Below are positions 26,808 through 39,100 of a stretch of 64,000 nt of DNA, piece after piece (the stretch's first letter is position 1; each line of letters opens with the position of its first letter). The stretch comes from Rhina ancylostomus (Eukaryota). The stretch is taken from positions 23,602,137 to 23,666,136 of the forward strand of contig JARFYF010000118.1 of assembly GCA_030265395.1 (NCBI GenBank). Direction: 5' to 3'. Under the pieces are notes generated by a model, which did not search any database, was not told where the DNA came from, and saw nothing but the letters and a program-made list of their open reading frames with translations. The translations under genes and the position numbers were made by a program.

Positions 26808-27569
26808 ATTGGATTAAGGTCTAATTTGTTATTTTTCTTGTAGTTTAACTTTCTTTATGCTTGCTTATATTTTTGTATAATCACCTGTTTGTAAATGTTC
26901 AGTAGATTTTCAGTCATTTGTAGTATAGCTGGTTCTGTACTTCTGTAGTTTCTTTGTCTGTAGTCTGAGATATCATGGCAGCGTAACTCAAGACAGTCCT
27001 TGTTAACTCACAGGCTGCTCTGTCAGGGAGGACTCCCTTATCTATCCAGCTTGAACTAGTTTTCAGTATAAAGGAGGACCTTGTGTTCTTTATTCGGTTA
27101 CTATTAGCTAGTCCTTTGTTCAGTTACTGTTAGTATGAGTAAGTTCTTATTAGAGTTAGTGTTGTTTGCTCGCAGCTCTTTAACTGCTATTTTTTTGTTA
27201 TGAATGTTATGTTTGTTCTTCATTAAGAGACAAAACTTGGCATGGGTTTTAACTTCTGAACTTTTTTAATATAACACAAAACTACAATGACTACATCTTA
27301 GCTATACAGCTGCTGCTCCAGACTGCAAAACAGAGAGGCTGCTAACTCATCTATTTGTTTACACAGCTTGCTTACTTACTCACAGTCACTTCCTGGTCCC
27401 CCATGTGACCCCTTGCATTGCCTACTGGGAACTGTAGTTCTTTATTATAATTACATAACAACACATAATAACACAATGAACATCTAATAAATGGCCATGA
27501 TCACAAGATTTATGCATCATTCTTGACTTCTGAAGAACCTTCTAGACAATATCATCTCCAGATCCAACA
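26808..27569 (+). mobile_element. Solo LTR (outer)
   Basis: 5-bp TSD gagga at 26803-26807 and 27570-27574. Termini (a)ttgga...tccaACA, TATA-like gtataaagg near 27066, AATAAA at 27486-27491. Confidence 0.7.
27205..27475 (-). mobile_element. Solo LTR (inner, Gypsy/BEL-like, 271 bp)
   Basis: TGT...ACA termini and 5-bp TSD atgaa at 27200-27204 and 27476-27480. Minus-strand ATTAAA at 27265-27270. Confidence 0.8.
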
Positions 27570-27877
27570 GAGGAGCTGATGCAGGATTCTGACCCAAAAC
27601 ATTAACAATTCATTTCCTCCCACAGATGCTGCTTGACCCACTGAGTTCCTTCAACAGACTGTTTGTTGCTCCAGATTCCAGCATCTGCAGGTTCTTATGT
27701 CTCCAGTGCAGAAAGCAATTATTGGAGTAATGTGGGAGTAGACTCCAGCTTAGTTCCTCTCCCCAAATTCTCAAGGATTGATGAAATAATTTCTTGAGGC
27801 TATCAGAAAATCTGAGTTCCTTGCAAGGAGATAAAGGCAAGATTTAAAGGTAGGATTGAAAGATATATTGTTGAAAA

Positions 27878-28851
27878 CGTCTCTGCATCCAACACATCAT
27901 TCTCTGCAAATTGTGCAACCTCCTACGGGATCCCACCTCCAGGTACATCTTCAACCCCCCTCTGCTTTCTGCAGGGATCACTCTCTCCACCACTCCCTTG
28001 TCCACTTGTCCCTCCCCACTAATGTCCCTCCCAGCACTTACCCCTGCAACCATGCAAAGTGCTACACCTGCCCCTACACCTCCTCCTTCACCAACATTCA
28101 GGGCCCTAGACAGTCTTTCCAAGTGAGGCAGTGATTCACCTGTGAATCTAAGGATGTCACTTATTGCATTTGGTGCTCCTGCTGTGGCCTCCTCTACATT
28201 GGTGAGACCCAATGCCGACTGGATAACAGCTTTGTCGACCACCTTTGCTCCATCCGCTTCAAAAGCAAGGATCTCCTGGTGGCCAAACACTTCAATTCCA
28301 CATCCTATTCCCACACTGAGATGTCCATCCACGGCCTCCTCTACTGCCACAGTGAACACCTGATACTCTGCCTTGGTAGTCTAAAACCTGACGGGTACAA
28401 CATTGAGTTCTCTAGCTTCCAGTAACCTGTCTACTCTCCCTGCACCCCCCCCACCCCTGCTTTGTCTTCCCTCATTCCTGTGGCTGCCTCACCCCTTCTC
28501 TTTCCCCTCCCCTGCGCTCATGACTTGNNNNNNNNNNNNNNNNNNNNNNNNNNNNNNNNNNNNNNNNNNNNNNNNNNNNNNNNNNNNNNNNNNNNNNNNN
28601 NNNNNNNNNNNNNNNNNNNNNNNNNNNNNNNNNNNNNNNNNNNNNNNNNNNNNNNNNNNNNNNNNNNNNNNNNNNNNNNNNNNNNNNNNNNNNNNNNNNN
28701 NNNNNCTTCTGCTTTACTAGTCCTGATGAAGGGTCTCGACCCGAAACGTCGACTGTTTATTTCTCTCCATTGATGCTGACGGACCTGCTGAGTTCCTCCA
28801 GCAGTTTGTGTGTGTTGCTCTAGATTCAAGCATCTGCAGAATCTCATGTCT
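27878..28851 (+). mobile_element. 5'-truncated Penelope-like retroelement with GIY-YIG endonuclease pseudo-ORF
   Basis: TYPCNHAKCYTC...FQVRQ*FTCESKDVTYCIWCSCCGLLYIGETQCRL...VAKHFNS...GSLKPDGYNIEFSSFQ* (stop at 28423-28425). 10-bp TSD ttgttgaaaa at 27868-27877 and 28852-28861. Confidence 0.9.
28719..28754 (+). ncRNA. Intact-looking minimal type I hammerhead ribozyme in the Penelope terminal repeat
   Basis: Stem I agtc/gact, core CTGATGA, stem II GGGTC-tc-GACCC, then GAAAC-GTC with palindromic ACGT stem III. Predicted cleavage after 28750. Confidence 0.8.
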
Positions 28852-29721
28852 TTGTTGAAAATGATGTAAAGTGTGCCAAGGGGAAAAATGAAAAAAAGGT
28901 ATATAATAAATCAGTAATAAAGGCTGTGAAAGAACCAGTATGGGGCAGTGACAACTTTGAGCACATTACTATCAGAAGAGGTGAAGTACATGTTCTCCAA
29001 AATGATACTGAGGCATATAAATAGCAGGTTGCATGCCTCTGCTTATCATCTCTTTGTGTAGAACAGGGGTGATTGGATTAATGAGTTTAAGAAGTTAAGA
29101 AGATTTGATGAAGTTGATCGGAAGAATTTAGAATAATGAGCTACTTAAATGAGAGCTGGACTTCTCAGGAGTGAAATCAGGAAACTAATTAACTGTATGG
29201 AGTTATCTTCATGAATCGGGTGAAATTTTCATACTTAATTTTTGCTTGAACAGCTTAATGATCCTGCCTATTTTCTACCTTTGCATTATATGTAACAACT
29301 TGAAGTTCCATTTACTGTGACCAATTCGATTGCTGATTTTCCCCCACCCTATTGTGCTACAGTGACCAGGACCGAGGATGACATTCAATCTGTGATTTGA
29401 CTTGTGCATTTCAAAACCTCGGCATATAAACCTATAAGGCGGTACTCCACAATGCAAGAAAACAAATGGCGAGGAAACCTCATATTTATCCATCTGTAGT
29501 GACCAATTGGTTAATTACTATTTCATGCTTACCCTCAGATCAAACACATTCACATCTGCTAATCTTTTAAAAGTTTCATCTCTTCTCCAACAGTCTCCTT
29601 ACTGTTTAGGTATTGAATTTTTGTTATGCTTAGTATCTAGGGCTATGGTTTTCTCCCTTGTCCTCTTGTTGCTCACTGATTAGCACTTTAATGTGTTTCT
29701 GTATTTTCATGCCAGTAAGAC

Positions 29722-29925
29722 ACAGAACATAGAATAGTACAGTGCAGGAGCAGGTGCTTCTACCCACTATTTCTGTGCTAACCATGATGCCAATCTAAAC
29801 TAGTCCCACTGTCTGTATCCCTCTATTCCCTCCCTGTTCATGTATCTGTCTAAATGCCTCTTAAATGTCACTATCTGCTTCTACCACCTCCCCTAGCAGC
29901 AGGTTCCAGGCACTCACCACTCTGT
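29722..29925 (-). mobile_element. CR1 3' end
   Basis: cagaacatagaatagtacagtgcagg...ctaccacctcccctagcagcaggttccagg. Confidence 0.8.
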
Positions 29926-30759
29926 TTTGTCCTTTCTCTTTGCAGGATTTATAAAGCTCATTTCATCATCATCCTATTTTTAATAGTTGATAATCATTAG
30001 CTCATGTTAGATCAGTTTGAGTTTGTTGGATTTGGGAATGTACTTATCCTATATGCTCAGCAAAAACATTAAAAAATTAGTTTTCTGAATTCTCAAATTT
30101 ATTNNNNNNNNNNCATTTTACTCCATTTATTCCTATTTTTCCTATTCTTAGATACTTCTGACTCTTGATCACATTAAACTTGGGTATTCCGTGGCTGTGG
30201 TCCTATCAGCTTCTATAACTGCCATTTTCTGGATCTCTCATGATTAATGGATCAAAAGGAGCATTCTTGTGGCTACTTTGACTCACTGAGTGAATCATAA
30301 AACATCTAGTAATGGCAACCCATGGATTTATGAGCTTATATTAAAATGGGTGAAGTCTCCAATTAAAATAAGTTTCTGTTTTCACATATTCTGACACTCT
30401 CTCAGAGCAAATGGTATCTTTCCTTTTGCTGGCTCATTGGTCTATTGCAATACCCATGTGTTGCCTTGGATACCTTTTTTTGCACTGGGAAAACAAAATC
30501 TGAATAGCTCATTTTGAAGCTTTGAAACTGCCACAGGATCAACTCAATCAATCTCACATCAGTACCTGATGTATTGGACAAACTCCATGCTTTCTTGTTC
30601 ACTTTTTAAATGCATGTTTGTTCTTTTTTAGCTTTAAGACAAAGCAAATAGGAAAGTAATTTTACAATGCCTCCAGAAGATTGCAGTCCTTTGGCTTTAC
30701 CTTGGCAGATTCTTCAGTGTTCAGCCAAATGAAATTCTTGAGGAAAGAAATGTACAAAA

Positions 30760-31170
30760 GAATGTAAGAAATAGAAGCAGGAGTAGGCCTTTTGACCCTT
30801 TGTCCTTGTTCTGCCATTCAATGAGATAAGGGCTGATCTTCCAGCTCATCACCATTTCTCTGCACTAACTTCATATGCCTCGATTCCCCTAATATCTACA
30901 GAATATATCGATCTGTGTTTTGAATATATTCACCACTGAGCTTCCACAACCCATGTGGGTAGATAGTTCCAAAGATAGTTTCCTCTGGGAGGAAGAAATT
31001 GCTCGTCTGTCTTAAATAGTTGACACTTTATTTTGAGTGTGACTTCTGGTTTTAGGTACCACAGCCAGAGGAAACATCAACAATGCATCTACCCTATCAA
31101 ACATCAACGAGACCACCTCTCATTCTTCTAAATTCCAGAGAGTATAGGCCAGTCTATTCAATTTCTCCTC
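30760..31170 (-). mobile_element. CR1 3' fragment
   Basis: taagaaatagaagcaggagtaggcc...cctctcattcttctaaattccagagagtataggcc. Confidence 0.8.
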
Positions 31171-31599
31171 AGCTTAACACCATCAATTGCCTTGCAATTA
31201 TTTCAATTTGTGCCTTCAATGGCACAAACATCACTCATCTGATTAAAAGAAATTTGACCAGCCAAAGTACATTACTAGCTAGCTTCAAGGTGATCCTATT
31301 AAACATACAGAAAATTTGGGAAGAGTAAACTGCTTCTGCACATTAAGCAAGGCCTTCCTATATTACCTGTGCTACAAAACATGACATAGCTTGGGTATGT
31401 ATATTCTATTCCAAATGCTTGTACCTCAAGAGATTCACCATTGCTTGCAAAAGGTAGCTTAAATAAAATCTTATTACTTTTTTTTATAAAGAAATGCTGA
31501 ATTCCAAATTACTGGTATTTCCAATTTATCAGTTATTAATAATTGAGTTTCAGGCGCAGATTTAATTCCCAGATTTTGTAATGACTATCATTACATCTG

Positions 31600-31725
31600 G
31601 TGCAAAAATCAAACTGCATCAGGACTCATGCAAGGTCTCAATCCTTTGTCATGACATATGCTACTTGACCCACTGAGCTCCTCCAGTAGTTTGCTTTATG
31701 CTCCAGATTACAGCATCTGCATTCT
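31600..31725 (+). mobile_element. Penelope terminal-repeat remnant
   Basis: tgacccactgagctcctccagtagtttgc...tccagattacagcatctgca. Confidence 0.65.
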
Positions 31726-32584
31726 TTTATGCCTTTTTGCCATTTTGAACTGTTAAAATTTATCTCTGCAAGAGTTGCATAATACACAATGGTATATAAA
31801 AATGAGAAGGATACAATGAATAGAAAAGTGTTAAGCAGGTGGTGAAATGAAAGCAAATCACTTTTAAGTTAAAGTTAACAGGAAACACTATTTAGAAGCA
31901 GCAAAAGTAACACCCAATTAAGCAACCTTTTAAAGATTCAACAGATACTGCAGAGCTGAAGCTCCAATCACAATAAGGAATTGGGAGTTTATAATCCATG
32001 TGTTTACACAAGAATCAACTTCACTCAGATAACTTTTATTGCCATTTCTGTCTGATGACATTGCTGGGATTATTTTTAACGGACAATAAAAAGAGAGAGA
32101 TCACCACACTGTTTAATATAGACAAACTGAAATAGGAAGAATTAAGGGCTGAAACAGATTCACACAAGGAGTATATTTTTGCTAAAAAAACATCTATTTA
32201 ATTGGACAAAACCTATCAACTGAAATGTAACCACAGAAAATGCACACAGTGTACAAAAATGCCCATTTGGTACAACTAAACAGCTCTACAGTTTGGAGGA
32301 AAACTCCAAGGATCAAATTGAGTTAAGATGATTAGACGCACAAGTCCATTTGATGGCTGTATGCAATCGATTAGGAACCAAGACCTTCAGAATAGGTTTG
32401 ATTAAACCAAAATAATGCAGCAATAGTGGTGTCACAATAGGTTATAATTGCCCTGTAACAAGGCAAATAAAAACCATCTGAAGATCTTATTGTCACTGAC
32501 ACTTTCCACTCAAAGAACACACTTATAGGCTAGGCAGAGAGTTGCATTTTGCCATCTGTACTATTTAAGTCTCCAACTCACAGA

Positions 32585-33548
32585 ACATTCATAGAATCAT
32601 AACATTACAGCACAATACAGGCCCTTCGGCCCACAATGTTGTGCCACCTTTAAACCTCGCCTAAGACTATCTGACCCCTTCCNNNNNNNNNNNNNNNNNN
32701 NNNNNNNNNNNNNNNNNNNNNNNNNNNNNNNNNNNNNNNNNNNNNNNNNNNNNNNNNNNNNNNNNNNNNNNNNNNNNNNNNNNNNNNNNNNNNNNNNNNN
32801 NNNNNNNNNNNNNNNNNNNNNNNNNNNNNNNNNNNNNNNNNNNNNNNNNNNNNNNNNNNNNNNNNNNNNNNNNNNNNNNNNNNNNNNNNNNNNNNNNNNN
32901 NNNNNNNNNNNNNNNNNNNNNNNNNNNNNNNNNNNNNNNNNNNNNNNNNNNNNNNNNNNNNNNNNNNNNNNNNNNNNNNNNNNNNNNNNNNNNNNNNNNN
33001 NNNNNNNNNNNNNNNNNNNNNNNNNNNNNNNNNNNNNNNNNNNNNNNNNNNNNNNNNNNNNNNNNNNNNNNNNNNNNNNNNNNNNNNNNNNNNNNNNNNN
33101 NNNNNNNNNNNNNNNNNNNNNNNNNNNNNNNNNNNNNNNNNNNNNNNNNNNNNNNNNNNNNNNNNNNNNNNNNNNNNNNNNNNNNNNNNNNNNNNNNNNN
33201 NNNNNNNNNNNNNNNNNNNNNNNNNNNNNNNNNNNNNNNNNNNNNNNNNNNNNNNNNNNNNNNNNNNNNNNNNNNNNNNNNNNNNNNNNNNNNNNNNNNN
33301 NNNNNNNNNNNNNNNNNNNNNNNNNNNNNNNNNNNNNNNNNNNNNNNNNNNNNNNNNNNNNNNNACCTCACACTTCTCCAGATTGAACTCCATCTGCCAC
33401 CTCTCAGCCCAGCTCTGCATCCTATCAATGTCCCTCTGCAACCTTCGACAATCCTCCACACTCTCCACAACACCAACCTTTGTGTCATCTGCAAACTTGC
33501 CAACCCACCCTTCTACCCCCTCATCCAAATCATTAATAAATATCACAG
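32585..33548 (-). mobile_element. Young CR1 LINE (RT region to 3' tail, mostly in a gap)
   Basis: IFINDLDEGVEGWVGKFADDTKVG...LQRDIDRMQSWAERWQMEFNLEKCE. Confidence 0.9.
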
Positions 33549-33606
33549 CACTGAACCAGCATCTGATGAAGCCACAAATACAGTTAGTTTTGAAACACAA
33601 GATTAC

Positions 33607-33763
33607 CTTAAGCAGGAGCTGTTGACCTTTTTAGTCTTCCAGGAAATGCCAGATGAGGCTGTTGGTAAATTATTCCAGCTTGCATTTTTCTTCACTATTT
33701 TATACCTTGTATTGATTAGTCTGTTACTTGAAGGGCTTTTCACTGAGAATGAGGAACTTAAAC
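33607..33763 (-). CDS. ZC3H3: Internal coding exon (157 nt, phase 1 to phase 2) of a ZC3H3 orthologue (CCCH zinc-finger protein, nuclear RNA processing/PAXT)
   Basis: Acceptor ttttatttatgtttacacag| and donor AG|gtaatc. Open frame (G)LSSSFSVKSPSSNRLINTRYKIVKKNASWNNLPTASSGISWKTKKVNSSCL(R) resembles the recalled human ZC3H3 segment ASSLHAVRTAPTSKVIKTRYRIVKKTPAS...SWRARRLSLSR, with similar exon size and phases. Identified from memory, not by search. Confidence 0.8.
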
Positions 33764-34639
33764 CTGTGTAAACATAAATAAAATGAACAAATAACTTAAA
33801 CCACATATTCACAATAATCGAGTAATGAAGACAAAAATACCAGAAAAAATCCTTCTTATGGTTATGCTAACTAAGTGGTGAAAATGATTTCAATAATCCA
33901 GAAGAGTGGCTGGAGAAATGTAACTTACCCTTGTGGGGGAGTCCAGATCAAGATACATAACCTTACAATTAGAGATGTGCTGCTTATTAGTGATATCAGG
34001 AAGGGTGGTAGAAGTTTTGTACTTTCTTACCCAAATGCCGTTGAGGTTCAATCATAAATTTCAAAACTGAGATTGCTAGATTTCAGTTAAGTTATGGCAT
34101 TCTGGGAAATGAAACCAGGCAAGGTAAATGAAATTTAGATATAGATCACACATGATTACCAGAATGGGAGCATGAACCTGAAATTGCCTACCCTACTATT
34201 CCTTTGTTAAATTGTTGACCAAGACCAGAAAGAATGACCATGAGGGCTGATAGATTGCTCACTTAAGTCAAAGACAACCTGCCAGCTCTGCTCAGCCTCA
34301 TCTATACCAAATGCAGGTCCTACTTGACTGACTCAATGCTTTTCTGTATACCCCATACCAACTGTACTCACTACTCAATAACCAATCGAACAAGACACAG
34401 TTGGCAGAAGTTTTATTTCCTTGTGGAATTGCAGCAGATCAATAAATTAACACTTTCAGAGATAATGGAAAGATAGGAAAACATTCTTACAGATGATTGC
34501 TTTAATACAAGTGATATTATTAGGATTTTACTATAAAGGGCCAACTCTTACTTTAATCAGACATGCCTAAAACCACTTGTTAGAATTGTATATATGCTTA
34601 AGAACAACTTTATATTGGAATTTTAATGTGGCAATTTTT

Positions 34640-36110
34640 CCTAGGCACTTCACTGGATTGCAGACAGTTCAGATAGGAGAATGTTACAGATATGGAGTAA
34701 TTTTTAAAATTAAAGCATTGCCTACCTGACAGTCAATACAGTTCAGCAACCACTTGGGTGAATGAGGTTTAGTGAGAGTTGGGACACAAGCAGGGACTTA
34801 GTTGAGCTCAAAGTTATAGTGAATGGAATGGGGCTACTGGCCAAAAGTGCAAGGGTAATAGTCAAGTTTAAAAATTATAATGGCACAAATGAGTGTTTCA
34901 GCAGCAAGGGTGCAGAGGCAGCAATGGAGTAAAATGATATTATGCATCTGGAAATGAAGTGTTTTAGAGATGACACCAATATGAGATCTAAAATTCAACC
35001 TGGGATCAAATATGACACTAAAGTTGCACAGTCCAGTTCAGTTTCAGGCTATTGCTATGGAGAGGATGGAATCGGTGACGGGAACAGTGCATGTGATGGG
35101 GACAGATGATGCTGGCTTTGGTCATCCCAATAGTCAGATGGTAGCTAATTTGTGTACACACAGTATTCAATGTTAGACAAGCACCTTCAGCATTCTCAAC
35201 TGCAGAGGGTTGTGGATGCTCAGTTGCTGAGTATGTTCAAGGCTGAGATCGATTTTGTTTTTAAAACCCTGAGAGAATGAAAATCTAAAAAATCAGGAGA
35301 GAAAGTTGATAATGCAAAAGATCAGCAATAAAACTGAATGGTGTAACAGGCTTGAGGCTCCATATGAGTGACAATTTCTCATGCACATTAATAAAAAGAT
35401 TAGAATTTAGACAGTGAGGACAAAGGAGGCTGTGGCAAGTTAGTTAGAACATAAGAAAACAGGTGCAGTAGGGCACTCAGCCCCTTAAGCCTGCCCTAAC
35501 ATTCAAATGATCATGGCCAATCTGCCTCAGGCTTCAACTTCTCTTCTATGCCAGATGCACATAGCCCACAATTCCTGACCTTTCAAGAATTTAAGTACCC
35601 TCATGATCTAGTCTCCACAACTCTCCAAAGTAGAGAAGTCCAGATGTCCACTACCTTCTGTGAGAAGAATGAAGTGTTCAACATATATGTGGAAACTCTC
35701 GCTGGATAAGAACTAGGAGACATCCAAAGGTAGAACCTTAGGAAACTTGAGATAACAAGTGAAAGTGTGGGAAGAGAGCAAGAGTAGAGATTCTATGGCT
35801 ACATATTAGAGTGGCACTAGGAAAATGTAGTCCTACCCCAGATAATTAAGGAGAAACATCAGAGGGGTATTATGTGGTTAACTGTATCCAAGGCTGCAGA
35901 CATTTGAGAACAATAGAAAGGGATTGATTGTTGTGATCAGACAGGGTGCCATGAAAAACTTTGGTAAAAGTAGTTTCAATATTTGGAAAATGTGAAAATC
36001 TGACTGACAGGATTCACACAGGAATTCTGGGAATGGTGGGCTCAAATCTGAGGGCCTACAACATGATTAAGGAGTGAAAACCAGGGTGGAATATGGACTG
36101 GCAGTTTGTA
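34640..36110 (-). mobile_element. Old L2-like LINE interrupted by CR1 3' ends (~35190-35380 and ~35445-35670)
   Basis: gggatcaaatatgacactaaagttgcac and tgtggttaactgtatccaaggctgcaga (reverse of an LSAALDTV-like motif). Confidence 0.55.
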
Positions 36111-39100
36111 AAACTGAGAGGACACAGATAAGCCAAGTAATAACAACCCATACATGATACTCTTCTGTATTTACACAGGCACTCTCCTTATAGAACAGCT
36201 ACAGAATGGGAAATCAACAAGTGCTTTGGAGAGCTGAAGCATTTTTCATGCATCCAAAGCATTCTTCTCTGAACCTGTGCAATCACTCCCAATCTGACTC
36301 AGAAAATTTACCATACCCAGAGCTCTAGAAACATGGTACATGATGCAACCTAGTAAAGAATTCTCCTCTGATGCAAGATCTGGGAAGTTTACCTTCACAA
36401 TAAGGGTTGCATTGGAGTGGGATCTCCATATTGGCAATGTGCAGCACCATCTCAGTGTTAGCACATTTCTATTTGACTATTGTTTGTTATAAAAGGCTCC
36501 AAATTCCACAATGACACATATCACTCTAATCAAGTGCTCACATTTTTATTACAAGTAATGTTCAGAGCTCCTGTTATCAGTTGAAAACACACCACAGGCC
36601 ATTGAGGTCAGGGCTAATGACTAATCGACCTCATTAGATTCTCCTAATTAAGAACATTATTGTAGCAAGAGAGGAAGAGCAATACCGTGCTGGTGTTATT
36701 TGAACATGTTATGAATACAATTCATCACTGCAAGAAAAAAATGATTGTGGCTCATAGGCGAGCAAGGTAAAAACTGCTGAAGCTGCAGACTGAGAGCTGT
36801 ATCCAATGCACAGGCTTTTGCTTATAAAGCTGCACTGTTGTTATTGCCAGACAAACACAACCCTTGTGACTTTTATAAATGCATACAGAAATCCTGGTAT
36901 GGGGATTAAACAACCTGTGGTCCAAGCTCTGCAATCTGGGAATGAGGATGGCATGATGCGTCCAAATTTTCACTATTTGAATAAATTAGGCAACTAGAAG
37001 TAAAAGGGAAGGCAGAAGAAACTCAAGTACTATTACAAAACATAATGAGAGGTAAAGCCAATGAGATAAATAGATAAAAGGCTGATCAAGTGGTAATTAG
37101 GCCTATTTCTGATGAAAAGATAAGCACAACTAAAAAGGCAGTTTGTAGGGACTGAGTGTTCAAGGATAAACATGGGAACAAACAACCAATATGTGTTGTT
37201 TTTGTTTTTCTTGAACTCTAGCATCAGCTGTAAATAAACCAGTGTGTGCTTTGGTGAACAAAAGCATTTTCCTATTCCTAAAATCTACTGTATTTACAGT
37301 CCATAAGAAATGCAATACAATTGTGACTTTTTCCAAACTGAAGAAAAAGATATNNNNNNNNNNNNNNNNNNNNNNNNNNNNNNNNNNNNNNNNNNNNNNN
37401 NNNNNNNNNNNNNNNNNNNNNNNNNNNNNNNNNNNNNNNNNNNNNNNNNNNNNATTGATCTAATTATGATAATAAATAGATTCAAAACAATAAAGGAAGA
37501 TAACATGAATCAGGATAAGATAATGGCATATTAAAATGATTGGTAAAGGAAAAGGACCAGGACACAGCCAAGAAGGCATAATAGCTTCTTTTTGCTGTAC
37601 GACTGAAGAGATGAGAGTCTCCTCCGTCCGAAAGGATGCACTACGAAATTGCTTTGTTCTGTCTCAACTCATTTCCTCAGGGGCAAGGGTCTACAGCATA
37701 GAACTATTCACAATTTGGCAAACTCACTCAGAAAGGCTGTTGTAGAAATGGAATTGTCACATTCCAGAGTTACTGCAAGCAGATCAATTTTTTTCCTGCA
37801 GTTTGAAAAAGATTCAATTGTGTTGCATTTTGAGTGGATCTGAAATACAAGAAACTTTAGGACTGGGAAAAGGCCATTAGGCCTAATAAACCCATTCCTT
37901 ACTGAAGTTGAGGGGTGTAAATCATGAGAGCAGATTGCTGCACACTCAAAGACCTTTCTATCATGAAGTATCAAACTGTCATATTGTACTTAACAATGGC
38001 TAACCAGTCAATAGATTGTAAAAAAAATCATAATTACTTATTTACTTTTGTACTCTACGCCAATCTATTAAACTCAAAACATTATTGGCCCTTTAATAGC
38101 TTTATCTACCTCTACTCAGTTTCAAGGAATTATGCATGTGAACTCCAAGGTCTTTGTATTCATCCATATATTCCAATGCATACTCATGATTTTGAGCTTC
38201 CTAAAAGCAACAATATACACTTGTCAACATTAAGTCCCACGCGCAAGATTATAGGCTTGATGGGCTGAAACTCCCACCCAGACTTTGTACCCATAACCCA
38301 TCTGTGTCTGTACCTACCTGGGTCAGATACAAAGGGTCATTTTGATCAGAGTTCAATATCATGCTCTGGAAAGTGACTTGGCCTTGGTTACCATTGTGAG
38401 GAAAACCCATTCTCAAAATGACCCTGTGTCAACAAGGCTAGTGGGTGCAGCTTTTGTTAGCTGTAGTGTATTAATAGATGGTAATACTTTAATGATTCTA
38501 CCACTGAGATACATTTTAAAATGGAGACCATCTAAGACTCATGTTTATATTCAAAAAGGTAACTAAAAATGTAAAAACGCAAATAATTAAAAATAGTTAA
38601 ATAAACATGATTAAAAACTAAGAGCTTATAGATCCATTTTTCTGCCCAAATCCCTACTGAAACTAATCAGGTGGTAATTCTGCTACTGGTGACCACATGG
38701 ACATCAGTGGAAGCACAAACTTACAGACTTGACCACCTGAATTTTTATGTATTCCAAACAGACACTCAACAGGGTGGACTTTTCAGTCAACATGAAAGGG
38801 TTAAGTTCACAGAAAGCTGACATCTAATCCACCAGTTGGCCCTTAATACAGGAATACATTTCCAGTACAGAGAGATGATAAATAGGTGCTGTCAAAAATC
38901 CATGTGCAGTACAGCAGAGAACTCATGTAACTCTGCTTTTCAACTCTCCTTCCTGTTTTATGCCACTTAATAGCAATACAGTTGGATGAGACAAACCCAC
39001 TTGGAGCATCTGTCAGAGATCTATTAAGCGAAAGATTGAGATCCTACTATGTTCAAACTTACTGAAGCAATGCAAAGGGTCTGTTTTTTGATAATTATTG

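Larger units (their letters stand above)
26758..27706. mobile_element. Palindromic Penelope-derived element interrupted by LTRs
   Basis: Left arm 26758-26807 and right arm 27575-27706. 13-bp TSD tgcagaaagcaat at 26745-26757 and 27707-27719. Confidence 0.85.

Noticed and set aside
30701-30736. 36-nt minus-strand microexon candidate (NFIWLNTEESAK, donor AAG|gtaaag)
   Set aside because: The acceptor is AAG and its pyrimidine tract abuts a CR1 tail. After the phase-2 ZC3H3 exon it would read RISFG*. No support beyond splice-like motifs.
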